A DNA stretch of 64,000 nucleotides from Gemmatimonadota bacterium (GTDB taxonomy: Bacteria > Gemmatimonadota > Gemmatimonadetes > Gemmatimonadales > Gemmatimonadaceae): positions 192,001 to 256,000 of the forward strand of contig JAZJZK010000008.1 in the NCBI GenBank assembly GCA_040389905.1, written 5' to 3'. The notes beneath the pieces were generated by a model. It worked only from the letters and a program-made list of their open reading frames with translations. It was not told where the DNA came from and did no database searches. This document shows positions 38,201 through 47,705 of this stretch, piece after piece (the first letter of the stretch is position 1; each line of letters begins with the position of its first letter). A program made the position numbers and the translations under genes.

Positions 38201-38917
38201 ATGCAACAGCCGTTCATGAGCCAGATCGTCCTGTACGCCTTCAATTACCCTCCCGCGAACTGGCAACTCTGTAACGGCGATATTCTGGCCATCAGCCAGT
38301 ACAGCCAGCTCTTCTCCCTTCTCGGCACGAAGTTCGGCGGTGATGGTCTCCGTAACTTCGCGCTGCCTGACTTCCGCGCGCTGGCACCGCCGGATCTGAC
38401 GTATTGCATCGCGCTACAAGGCGCGTGGCCATCGCGCGACGGGGGGCTGCCTCATCAGGTTGCGGCCGAACTGTCACTCGCCGCCATGACCTTCACGCTT
38501 GGCGAGAATGCGGCATGCAACGGCCAGTTGCTGTTTGTCGAGGAGTATCCGGAGCTCGCCGCCCTGCTCGGGACGCGTTTCGGCGGTGAGGGCACGGCGG
38601 GTTTTGGCGTACCGAACCTCACGACGCTGGCGCCCAAAGGGTCCGCGTACAACATCGCGCTTTCGTCGCAGGCGAACACACTCGCGACGCCCTTCATCGG
38701 CGAGATACGTCTCTTTGCGACGGTCGAGATTCCATCGGGATGGGAGGCGTGCGAGGGTCAGTCAGTGGCGATCACCTCCAATGAGAAGCTGTACTCGCTC
38801 ATCGGCATAAAGTTTGGCGGCGACCAGACCAACTTCTTGCTCCCCAATCTTCAGGGGATCGCCGAGTGGGGCACGCAGTTCTGCATTGCGACGGCGGGAG
38901 ATTTCCCGAACCGGTAG
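38201..38917 (+). CDS. Tail-collar protein with three tandem mini collar domains, paralog of 7680-8408
   Basis: PFMSQIVLYAFNY..GTKFGGDG..LTYCIALQG, repeated three times; collinear with the 7680 gene. Confidence 0.85.
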   Translation: MQQPFMSQIVLYAFNYPPANWQLCNGDILAISQYSQLFSLLGTKFGGDGLRNFALPDFRALAPPDLTYCIALQGAWPSRDGGLPHQVAAELSLAAMTFTLGENAACNGQLLFVEEYPELAALLGTRFGGEGTAGFGVPNLTTLAPKGSAYNIALSSQANTLATPFIGEIRLFATVEIPSGWEACEGQSVAITSNEKLYSLIGIKFGGDQTNFLLPNLQGIAEWGTQFCIATAGDFPNR

Positions 38918-39256
38918 TTAAGACAGCGCGTCGCGCCCGCCTGGCTATCAAGGCCCTACGCCATCGGCGTTGTCAGTGAAACAACGCGTGCGCTGCGAAG
39001 CTTCAATCCTGATCTCGGTCGCGAGCCTCACTCGACGTCCTTCGCTGTCACAGCGGCGCCGCGGCGTCGTCAGTTGCGAGATGGGAAAGGGTTGGGGCGA
39101 CCCGTCGCGGCCTGTGGTAAGGTCTTGGCACTCACCGGATCGGCCTGCAAGTTGACACACGACCTCACGCACCCCAACCGCGGCCGCGTGCGCAGTGTAC
39201 AGGATGCGAAGGCGAGGTCGTGGCGTTATTACCTATTTGAGAGACGACAGAACAGC

Positions 39257-39289
39257 AGGTGCAGGCCCTTCGCTCCGCTCAGGGCGACA
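39257..39289 (+). repeat. REP-like half element, type B
   Basis: AGGTGCAGGCCCTTCGCTCCGCTCAGGGCGACA. Confidence 0.75.
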
Positions 39290-39392
39290 AAACGCGCGGC
39301 CAATTCATACACTTTTCACACAACTATTCGATGAACGATTCAGGTGACGACCGGTGTCGAACCATTCTCATGAGCCCCGCGTAGACTAAAAA

Positions 39393-41693
39393 GTGCTCTC
39401 GCCGTCATCCGAATCCGTTTTCACCTTTCTGTTCAAATACCCGCTCCGCGTCTTCCAGCGCGGAGATTTTGTGTTGGCACCAGTCATCCCGGCCTGGCTG
39501 ATCGTCCTCATCGCCATCGCCGGCATCGCACTGGTTGCCTTCACCTACAGCCGAGTCAAGGCGGTCACGACGCTCGACAAGGTCGTCCTCGCCGCCATAC
39601 GCGTGGTCGCCATCATCGCGGTCCTCGGATGCCTCCTGAGGCCGACGATCGTCGTCGCCAGCGCGGTCGCACAGCGGAATGTGCTCGCGGTGGTCCTCGA
39701 CGACTCCCGCAGCATGCGGCTCAAAGACATTGGCGACAGTTCGCGACTCGCCGCCGTTCAGGGTGTCTTTTCGGACTCCAGCGAGCTGATGAAGAAGCTC
39801 GGGACCAAGTTCGCCCTCCGCACCTTTCGCTTCGCCGCTGACGCCGGGCCGTCGTCGGGAGCCAAGACATTGCTCGCCACCGGTGCCCGGTCGGACATCG
39901 CCGGCGCACTCGACGTCACACGCGAAGACCTGGCCGGCATGCCGCTCGCCGGCGTCATTCTCGTGACCGACGGTGCCGACAACGGCGGCGGCGACCTCGG
40001 CGCGGCGATCCTCGCCCTCAAGGCGCGACGCGTTCCCGTCTATACCGTAGGAGTCGGCGAAGAGCGCTTCGAGCGCGACATCGCCATCGAGCGCGTCTCG
40101 GCCCCGGCGTCCGTGCTGGCCGGTTCGACCGTCCTGCTCGAAGCGGGAATCGGCGTCCGTGGCGCGCGCGGCGAGACGACCACGATCTCCGTCGAAGCGA
40201 ACGGCCACATCGTGGCGACGGAAGAGGTGAAGCTCCCCGACGGTGGCGACGTCGCGCGCGTGCGGCTCCGCCTACCTCCTCAGCCGGCCGGAACCTACCA
40301 GTTGTCGGTCCGTGCGAAGCCGCTGCCGAACGAGCCCGTTACGGAGAACAACGAGTACCACACGGTGCTCGACGTCCGGCAGGGCCCGGTGCGCATCCTC
40401 TATCTGGAAGGCGAACTCCGTCCGGAATTCGCATTTCTGCGCCGAGCGGTCGCGGCAGATAGCAGTGTCGAGGTGGTCGGGCTGATGCGGAGCGCCGACA
40501 AGAAGTTCCTGCGACTCGGTGTACATGACTCGCTCGAGCTGATCAGCGGTTTCCCGACCAAGCGCGAAGAACTGTTCAAGTATCGCGCGATCATCCTCGG
40601 TAGCATCGAGTCGTCGTTCTTCAGCGGCGACCAGCTTCGCATGCTGGCGGAATTCGTCAGCCAGCGCGGTGGCAGCCTGCTGGCGCTCGGCGGCCGGTCG
40701 TCGCTGAGTGAAGGGGGCTTCGCGGATACGCCAGTCGCGGAAGTGTTGCCGGTCATTCTCTCGCGGCAGGGCCGTGATACCGGGTTGGCGCCGCTCGTGC
40801 TCAACGTACGCCCGACGACAACCGGCGTCGGCCACGCGGCGTTGCAACTGCGTGGCAACGATGCGGCGAGCGCGGCGCGGTGGGATTCGCTACCGCCGTT
40901 GACGTCGGTGAACAACATCGGCGCCCTCCGCTCTGGCGCGACGACGCTGTTGACCGGGCGCGTCGGGAACAAAGCAGGCAACCTCGAAGTACCGCTACTG
41001 ACCTACCAGCGCTACGGGCGCGGGATGGGTGCGGTGTTCGCGGTGCAGGATTCCTGGCTCTGGAAGATGCACGCGAGCATTCCCGTCGAGGACGCGACGT
41101 ATGCGACGCTCTGGCGCCAGTTGCTCCGTTGGATGGTGGAAGGGGTGTCCGAGCAGGTGGACGTCGTGGCGATTCCGTCGCGCGTCGGGCCCGGAGAGCC
41201 GGTGACGCTGCGCGCGCACGTGGCGGATTCGACGTACCAGCCAGTGAATGGCTCGTCCGTCGTCGCGAAGGTGACGACTCCAACGGGGCGCATCGTCGAG
41301 GTGCCGCTCGAGTGGTCGCTGCGCGAAGACGGTTCGTACACCGGTCGCTTCGTCGCGGACGAAAAGGGAGTCTACGCGCTCTCTGCGGAGTCGCGTCGCG
41401 GTCGGGACACCACGCGCTCGATCACCTCGTCGTTGCTCGCCGATGATCAAGGCGCCGACGTCGAGCAGGCCGAACAGCGGAAGCCGCTTCTCACGCGCAT
41501 CGCGAAAGAGACGGGTGGCAAGTACTACCGCCTCGCCCAGTCCTCCGCGCTCGCGGATGATGTGATCTTCACGGAGTCGGGCGTCACGGTTCGTGAAGCG
41601 AAGGACATCTGGGACATGCCGATCGTGTTCTTCATTCTCGCCACGTTGCTCGGCGCGGAGTGGGTGTACCGGCGGCGCAGGGGGCTGGCATGA
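39393..41693 (+). CDS. Membrane-anchored VWA + Ig-like + glutamine amidotransferase-like domain protein
   Basis: N-terminal TMs, MIDAS DDSRSM, VTDG, RILYLEG, RGGSLLALGG, YGRG, C-terminal EWVYRRRRGLA. Confidence 0.85.
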   Translation: MLSPSSESVFTFLFKYPLRVFQRGDFVLAPVIPAWLIVLIAIAGIALVAFTYSRVKAVTTLDKVVLAAIRVVAIIAVLGCLLRPTIVVASAVAQRNVLAVVLDDSRSMRLKDIGDSSRLAAVQGVFSDSSELMKKLGTKFALRTFRFAADAGPSSGAKTLLATGARSDIAGALDVTREDLAGMPLAGVILVTDGADNGGGDLGAAILALKARRVPVYTVGVGEERFERDIAIERVSAPASVLAGSTVLLEAGIGVRGARGETTTISVEANGHIVATEEVKLPDGGDVARVRLRLPPQPAGTYQLSVRAKPLPNEPVTENNEYHTVLDVRQGPVRILYLEGELRPEFAFLRRAVAADSSVEVVGLMRSADKKFLRLGVHDSLELISGFPTKREELFKYRAIILGSIESSFFSGDQLRMLAEFVSQRGGSLLALGGRSSLSEGGFADTPVAEVLPVILSRQGRDTGLAPLVLNVRPTTTGVGHAALQLRGNDAASAARWDSLPPLTSVNNIGALRSGATTLLTGRVGNKAGNLEVPLLTYQRYGRGMGAVFAVQDSWLWKMHASIPVEDATYATLWRQLLRWMVEGVSEQVDVVAIPSRVGPGEPVTLRAHVADSTYQPVNGSSVVAKVTTPTGRIVEVPLEWSLREDGSYTGRFVADEKGVYALSAESRRGRDTTRSITSSLLADDQGADVEQAEQRKPLLTRIAKETGGKYYRLAQSSALADDVIFTESGVTVREAKDIWDMPIVFFILATLLGAEWVYRRRRGLA

Positions 41694-42850
41694 CGGGACT
41701 GTCCCGAGCGAATGAAATGAGCCCCCTGTCACCCCGAGCGAACGAAGTGAGTCGAGGGGTCTGCACCTCTGCTCCGGCGCCAAAGTGCAGACCCCTCGAC
41801 TCGCTCCGCTCGCTCGGGGTGACAATGGGGTCGCTCCGCTCGCTCGGGGTGACAATGGGGTCGCTGCGCTCGCTCGGGGTGACAATGGGGTCGCTGCGCT
41901 CGCTCGGGGTGACAATGGGGTCGCTGCGCTCGCTCGGGGTGACGGCTGCGCTGCTACTCTGCGCCGCTACCGCGAGCGCGCAGAAAACTCACGTACTCAT
42001 CATCACCGGCCTTGGCGGTGAGCTCAAGTACAGCATGGCGTTCATGAAGACCGCGGCGACGCTCGCGGACTCGGCACGCGCACGCTGGGGGGTCAAGGAC
42101 TCGAGCCTCATCGTCCTCGGCGAAGACCCAGCGATGGACCCGAAGCACATCACCGGCAAGTCCACCAAGGCGGAAGTCGAGAAAGCCTTCCTCACGCTTT
42201 CCAAGCGGGTAGCCCCCGGCGACGTCGTGCTTGTGTTCCTCAACGGCCACGGCGCCAGCGAGGGCCCTGATTCGCGCGTCAACCTCAGCGGCCCCGACCC
42301 GACCGCCGCGGATTTCAACGGCTGGCTGTCGGCATTCTCGAAGCAGGCGGTCGTGTTCGTCAACGCGGCGAGTGGGAGCGGTGACTTCCTCCAGGTCCTC
42401 AAGGCGCCCGGTCGCGTGATCGTGAGCGCCACGAAAACGGCCATCGAGCGAAACGAGACGATCTTCGCACCACCGTTCGTGAAGGGACTGACGAGCGGCG
42501 ACGCGGACAGCGACAAGGACAACCGCGTGTCGGTGCTCGAAGCCTTCGATTACGCGAAGAAAGAAGTCGCGCGGGTGTATGAGACGGACAAGAAGCTGCT
42601 CACCGAGCACGCCCAAGTGACCGACACGGTGTTCGCGCGCACCGTGGCGTTTGGTGGAACGAAGCCGAGCGAGGATCCGCGCGTCGTGGCGTTGGTCTCT
42701 GAGCAGCGCGCGCTCGAATTGCAGATTGCGGCGCTTCGTAGCCGCAAGGCGACCACAGATTCCACGGTGTACGCCGCTGAGCTGGAGAAGCTGCTGCTCG
42801 CGTTGGCGGAGAAGTCCGCGGCCGTGCGCGCAGCGGGAGGGAAGCCGTGA
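41690..42850 (+). CDS. Secreted caspase/hemoglobinase-fold protein with REP-derived N-terminal repeats
   Basis: ATGA overlap; VLVFLNGHG, FVNAASGSG, DADSDKDNRVSVLEAFDY; signal ..AALLLCAATASAQ. Confidence 0.7.
   Translation: MTGLSRANEMSPLSPRANEVSRGVCTSAPAPKCRPLDSLRSLGVTMGSLRSLGVTMGSLRSLGVTMGSLRSLGVTMGSLRSLGVTAALLLCAATASAQKTHVLIITGLGGELKYSMAFMKTAATLADSARARWGVKDSSLIVLGEDPAMDPKHITGKSTKAEVEKAFLTLSKRVAPGDVVLVFLNGHGASEGPDSRVNLSGPDPTAADFNGWLSAFSKQAVVFVNAASGSGDFLQVLKAPGRVIVSATKTAIERNETIFAPPFVKGLTSGDADSDKDNRVSVLEAFDYAKKEVARVYETDKKLLTEHAQVTDTVFARTVAFGGTKPSEDPRVVALVSEQRALELQIAALRSRKATTDSTVYAAELEKLLLALAEKSAAVRAAGGKP
41727..41943 (+). repeat. Type A REP element plus about 4.8 x 30-bp tandem repeat inside the CDS
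   Basis: Unit TCGCT(C/G)CGCTCGCTCGGGGTGACAATGGGG at 41801, 41831, 41861, 41891, partial at 41921. Confidence 0.92.
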
Positions 42851-45390
42851 GCGAGCGCAACGGCGTGAATTGGAGACCCCTCGACTCGCGGAGTTTACCC
42901 CGCGCGAAGCGTCGGGGCTCGCTCGCCCTGACAATGCTTGCGCTGGCATGCGTGGGAGCGTGGCAGGAGCCGGGCGACATCCGCAAACAAGTGAGAGCGC
43001 TCGCCGAAACGGGCAAGCTCGACGAAGCAGAGAGCGCAGCGCGCGGCGCCGGCGCGGCGGCTGCCTCAGTGCTCGGCGAAGTTCTCGTCGTTCGCGGAAA
43101 GCTCGCGGCCGCCGACTCGGCATTTCGCGTCGCGATCACGAGTGACCCGCGCGGACGCCGCACCGCGGAAGTCTCGCTCGCGGAGTTGGCCTACGCCCGC
43201 GGCGCACGCGACGACGGACTTCGCCTCGCGAACGCGCTCACGACCGCATACGAGAATTCATCGGCGCGCTGGTCGAGCGACGACCTCACTGCCGTTGGCC
43301 GCGCCTATGTGCTGCTCGGCACGCGTGCTGCTGCGCCCGTGCGTGCGGCGCTCGCCGTCTTCGACAAAGCCGTTGCAGCCGATGCGTCGAACATCGAAGC
43401 GCGGCTCAGAACCGGCGATCTCTTTCTCGACAAATACAACGCACCGGAAGCCAAGTCGTCCTACGACGATGTGCTCAAGGTTGCACCAGGCAATGCGCGC
43501 GCCCTGCTCGGCCTTGCGCGTGTGGCGGAGTTCGAGGGAAAGCGAGACGCCATGGCGATGGCGCAGAAGAGCATGGAGGCGAATCCCTCGCTCACCGGTG
43601 CGAACATCCTGCTCGCGCGATTCCATCTCGAAGCCGAAGCGTATGACTCGGCGGCGATCTACGCGCGCCGTGCACTGGCGGTGGATTCGTCGTCCATCGC
43701 CGCATGGTCCCTCATTGGCGCGACGGCATTTCTCACCGGCAAGACGGCAGAGTACGACCGTGCGAAAGCGACGGCGCTTCGGCTGAATTCGAAGCCATCG
43801 GAGTTCTTCGCTGAGGCGGCAGATGCGGCCATTCGTCAGCGCCGGTATGCGGACGGCATGCGCTTCGCGCGCGAGGCCGTCGACATCGATTCGACCTCGG
43901 TGCGCGCGCTCGGCATCCTCGGCACCAATCAGATGCGGGCGGGCAACATCGAGGCGGCGCGCGCGACGCTCGAGCGCGCGTTCGCAATCGACCCGTTCAA
44001 TCTCTGGCACAAGAACACGCTCGACCTGATCGACAACCTCAAGAAATTCCGCACGATCGACCGCGGACGCTTCCGCATTGTCGCACCTGAGAAAGAAGCG
44101 GAGATGCTTGCATTGTATCTCGTCCCGCTGCTCGAACAGGCGTACGACTCGCTGGCGAAGCGTTACGCGTACAAGCCGACTCCGCCGATTCGCCTGGAGA
44201 TCTACGATCGACACGCCGACTTCTCCGTGCGCACCGTCGGACTGACGGGGCTCGGCGCGCTCGGTGTGAGCTTCGGTCCGGTGCTCGCGATCGACGCACC
44301 GTCGGCGCGTGCGCGCGGCGAATTCAACTGGGGCTCCACGTCGTGGCACGAATTGGCGCACACGTTCACGCTCGGCCTCTCCGAGAATCGTGCACCGCGT
44401 TGGCTGTCGGAGGGATTGTCGGTGCTCGAGGAGCGTCGGGCACGTCCGGAGTGGGGTGCGCAGATCTCCGTCGAGTTTCTCGCCGCGTACACGGGTGGCC
44501 GTTTGCGGCCGGTGAGTACGTTGAACGACGGCTTCGTTCGTCCGCGCTTCGAGCAGGAGACGATCTTCAGCTACTACGAAGCGTCACTCGTGTGCGAGAT
44601 GATCGAGCAGATGCGCGGCTCGGGTGCAATAGTGGACATACTGAAAGCCTATCGCGATGGCGCCGATACACCCGGCGTGTTCGCGAAGGTGCTCGGCATG
44701 AAGCCGGACTCGCTCGACAAACAATTCGACACGTGGCTCCGCGCCAAGTTCGCGACGCCGATCCTTTCCATCGCGCCGAACGACGGGAAGAAGCCAATGT
44801 CGGGTGCGTTCGTCGAGACGGTACGCGCCGCGGTTGCGCTTGTCGAAGCCGACAAGCCGGACTCAGCGCGTGCGATGTTGTTGAAGGCGCAGGCGATGTT
44901 TCCCGAGTATGCCGGCGCAGGGAATCCCGCCTGGGTGCTCGCGCACATCGCGCGCGACAAGGGTGATCACAAGGAAGCGCTCGCACAGGTCGTCCGCATG
45001 ACGACGCACAACGAGAACACGTGGGACGCGAACCTGTTCGAGGCGGACACGCGGCTCAAGCTTGGCGATGCCACAGGCTCGCTCGTGCCGCTGCAGCGGT
45101 TGACCTGGATTTCGCCGTACGATATCGATGTTCATAAGCGCATTGCCGAGACTGCGGCGCTGCTGGGCGATCACGCGACGGCGCTTCGTGAGCGGCGGGC
45201 GATCTTGTTGCTCGATCCGCCTGATCTGGTCGATGCACATTATCAGCTGGCGCTCGCTCTTTCGAACACCGGTGACGTGGTCGCAGCCAAGCGCGAGCTG
45301 TTGACGGCGCTGGAGCAGGCGCCGGCATTTGAAAAGGCGCAGACACTGCTACTCGAGCTGAGCAAGCGCACGGTGCCGGCGAAGCCATGA
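42847..45390 (+). CDS. TPR-repeat protein with peptidase MA-like (gluzincin) domain
   Basis: Multiple TPR-like helices; WHELAH and PRWLSEGLS zinc motifs; GTGA overlap. Confidence 0.88.
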   Translation: MSERNGVNWRPLDSRSLPRAKRRGSLALTMLALACVGAWQEPGDIRKQVRALAETGKLDEAESAARGAGAAAASVLGEVLVVRGKLAAADSAFRVAITSDPRGRRTAEVSLAELAYARGARDDGLRLANALTTAYENSSARWSSDDLTAVGRAYVLLGTRAAAPVRAALAVFDKAVAADASNIEARLRTGDLFLDKYNAPEAKSSYDDVLKVAPGNARALLGLARVAEFEGKRDAMAMAQKSMEANPSLTGANILLARFHLEAEAYDSAAIYARRALAVDSSSIAAWSLIGATAFLTGKTAEYDRAKATALRLNSKPSEFFAEAADAAIRQRRYADGMRFAREAVDIDSTSVRALGILGTNQMRAGNIEAARATLERAFAIDPFNLWHKNTLDLIDNLKKFRTIDRGRFRIVAPEKEAEMLALYLVPLLEQAYDSLAKRYAYKPTPPIRLEIYDRHADFSVRTVGLTGLGALGVSFGPVLAIDAPSARARGEFNWGSTSWHELAHTFTLGLSENRAPRWLSEGLSVLEERRARPEWGAQISVEFLAAYTGGRLRPVSTLNDGFVRPRFEQETIFSYYEASLVCEMIEQMRGSGAIVDILKAYRDGADTPGVFAKVLGMKPDSLDKQFDTWLRAKFATPILSIAPNDGKKPMSGAFVETVRAAVALVEADKPDSARAMLLKAQAMFPEYAGAGNPAWVLAHIARDKGDHKEALAQVVRMTTHNENTWDANLFEADTRLKLGDATGSLVPLQRLTWISPYDIDVHKRIAETAALLGDHATALRERRAILLLDPPDLVDAHYQLALALSNTGDVVAAKRELLTALEQAPAFEKAQTLLLELSKRTVPAKP

Positions 45391-45410
45391 AAACAGAACA
45401 GCAACAGCAA

Positions 45411-45512
45411 TTAACCACAGAGGACACAGAGGACACAGAGGACACAGAGGACACAGAGGAAAAGCGTGAAGGACATGCCGTTCTCCGTGTCCTCTGTGTC
45501 CTCTGTGGTTAA
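45411..45512. repeat. Family C 9-bp-arm hairpin element
   Basis: TTAACC(ACAGAGGAC)x4+ ... GTGTCCTCTGTGGTTAA. Confidence 0.85.
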
Positions 45513-45573
45513 GGCTTTTTTCCGTCTTTCTTTCTGAAGCAACAATCTCCAACGCTGACCACGAGGCAACCGC

Positions 45574-46608
45574 TTGACTGGTCCCGCAACAACCTCCGAG
45601 CTCGACACACTCGACGACGCCGAACTGGCCGATCGCCTAGCGGCGGCCGCAACGCGCATCCGGGCCGAAATCTCCAAGGTCATCGTCGGCAATGACGACA
45701 TTATCGAGCAGGCGCTGATCGCGCTTTTCGCTGGCGGCAATTGTCTCCTCGTCGGCGTCCCTGGCCTTGCCAAGACGTTGCTCATCTCGACGATGTCCCG
45801 CGCGCTCGACCTCAAGTTCTCGCGCATCCAGTTCACGCCGGATCTCATGCCGTCCGACGTCACCGGAACGGATGTCATCCAGGACGATCCGGCAACGGGA
45901 CAGCGGCGCTTGAGCTTCATGCCCGGCCCCGTGTTCTGCAACGTGCTGCTGGCCGACGAAATCAACCGTACGCCACCGAAGACCCAGGCTGCGTTGCTCG
46001 AAGCCATGCAGGAGCGGCGAGTGACCGTGCAGGGACGGACCTACGATCTCGAGCCGCCCTTCTTCGTCTTCGCGACGCAGAACCCGATCGAACTCGAGGG
46101 CACATACCCGCTGCCAGAAGCACAGCTCGATCGCTTCATGCTCGAAGTGATCCTGCACTACCTGCCGGAAGAGGAGGAGTGCGCCGTCGTTCGCGCGACG
46201 ACCACGGTGCCACAGGAGGCCGTGCAGCCATGCGTTTCACGCGCCGAGATTCTCGCGTACCAGCGTGTCGTGCGTCGCGTGCCGGTGGCGGACGCGGTGA
46301 CCCGCTATGCGGTGCGCTTCGTGCGCATGACGCGCCCCGACGACAAGAATGCGCCGGACTTCATCAAGCAGTGGTCGTCATACGGCGCATCGGTCCGCGC
46401 CGCACAGGCACTCATCCTCGGCGCCAAGGCACGCGCGCTCCTCCAGGGCCGCAGCCACGTCGGTTTCGAGGACGTGCGTGCATTGGCGATGCCGGTGCTG
46501 CGTCACCGCATGCTGCTCAATTTCCAGGCGCAATCAGAAAAGGTGACGACGGATCATTTGATCGAGAAGCTCCTCGCGGCGGCTCCTATTCCGAAATCGG
46601 CAATGTAA
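45574..46608 (+). CDS. moxR: MoxR family AAA+ ATPase
   Basis: GVPGLAKT, RIQFTPDLMPSD, LADEINRTPPKTQAALLEAM, ATQNPIELEGTYPLPEAQLDRF. Confidence 0.95.
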   Translation: MTGPATTSELDTLDDAELADRLAAAATRIRAEISKVIVGNDDIIEQALIALFAGGNCLLVGVPGLAKTLLISTMSRALDLKFSRIQFTPDLMPSDVTGTDVIQDDPATGQRRLSFMPGPVFCNVLLADEINRTPPKTQAALLEAMQERRVTVQGRTYDLEPPFFVFATQNPIELEGTYPLPEAQLDRFMLEVILHYLPEEEECAVVRATTTVPQEAVQPCVSRAEILAYQRVVRRVPVADAVTRYAVRFVRMTRPDDKNAPDFIKQWSSYGASVRAAQALILGAKARALLQGRSHVGFEDVRALAMPVLRHRMLLNFQAQSEKVTTDHLIEKLLAAAPIPKSAM

Positions 46609-46639
46609 GCACACGTGTCACATGGCTTTTTGAACTGAA

Positions 46640-46737
46640 TGAACGCGGATTGAGCGGATTGAAGCGGATCAATTCTGATCCAAGCATTCCAACGCAGTAT
46701 CGAGGTTTTGCTGTTCCATCCGCTCAATCCGCGTTCA
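46640..46737. repeat. Family D inverted-repeat element
   Basis: 20-bp perfect IR TGAACGCGGATTGAGCGGAT / ATCCGCTCAATCCGCGTTCA. Confidence 0.8.
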
Positions 46738-46805
46738 ATGTTCCGCCATTAGAATGCTCGGTTTTTGAAGAGGCACAGGACGTCTTTTACCGGTAGCGAA
46801 TAAGA

Positions 46806-47705
46806 ATGGCCACCGCCCCAGCCTCATTTCTCGACCCGAACCTGCTCGCGCGGATCTCCGATCTCGCGCTGCTGGCGCGCACGGTCGTCGATGGGTTCAT
46901 GCATGGCCAGCATCGCTCCATGCGGAAGGGGTCGTCGATGGACTTCGCGCAGCATCGCTCCTACCAGCCCGGCGACGACCTTCGCCGCATCGACTGGCGG
47001 GTGTTCGGACGCACGGATCGCTTCTATGTGAAGGAGTACGAAGCGGACACCAATGCCAGCGTGATCTTCGCGCTCGATTCGTCGGCGTCGATGAGCTTCG
47101 GCAGCGGCAAGGTGACCAAGTACGACTACGGGCGCTTCCTCATCGCGTCACTCGCGTGGCTTTCACAGCACCAGGGTGACCGCGTCGGGCTCGCGACCTT
47201 CAAGGGCGATCTCGTCGACGTCGTGCCACCATCCACTCGGCACCTGCAACTGCTGCTGCACACGCTCAGCCGCTCGAAGGCCACCGGCACGGGACACCTC
47301 ATCAACTCGATCGAACGTCTCGCGGCGATGACGTCGCGCACCGGCATCGTGGTGCTCGTCACCGACTGCTACGAGAAACCCGAACTGCTCGGCAAGGCGA
47401 TGACCTCACTGCGCATGCGCGGGCACGACGTCATTCTCTTCCATCTCGTCGATGCAGCCGAACGCGACTTTCCGTTCACGGCAGCGACGACCTTCGAGGA
47501 CGCTGAGACCGGGAATCGCCTTCCACTCCGGCCAGACGACCTGCGTGCCAAGTACAAGGAATTGATCGCTGCGCACAATGCGGAGTTGACCACGCGGCTC
47601 GTCGGAAGTGGCGCCGACTACGTTCGTGTTGACACCGACCAACCGCTCGACCGCGCGCTGCACGCCTATCTCGACAAGCGCCTCGCGCGCAGCAGGGTGC
47701 GCTGA
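46806..47705 (+). CDS. DUF58 domain (VWA-like) protein
   Basis: GSSMDFAQHRSYQPGDDLRRIDWR, YVKEYE, DSSASM. Confidence 0.93.
   Translation: MATAPASFLDPNLLARISDLALLARTVVDGFMHGQHRSMRKGSSMDFAQHRSYQPGDDLRRIDWRVFGRTDRFYVKEYEADTNASVIFALDSSASMSFGSGKVTKYDYGRFLIASLAWLSQHQGDRVGLATFKGDLVDVVPPSTRHLQLLLHTLSRSKATGTGHLINSIERLAAMTSRTGIVVLVTDCYEKPELLGKAMTSLRMRGHDVILFHLVDAAERDFPFTAATTFEDAETGNRLPLRPDDLRAKYKELIAAHNAELTTRLVGSGADYVRVDTDQPLDRALHAYLDKRLARSRVR

Noticed and set aside
7680..38917. Tail-collar genes as evidence of a prophage or tailocin
   Set aside because: No integrase, terminase, capsid, sheath or baseplate genes; both genes are isolated
38948..39334. Short ORFs between the collar gene and the MoxR operon
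   Set aside because: No recognisable motifs or SD; one runs through a type B repeat
41801..41943. 30-bp direct repeats as a CRISPR array
   Set aside because: The units are contiguous with no unique spacers, derive from the REP arm, and no cas genes are present
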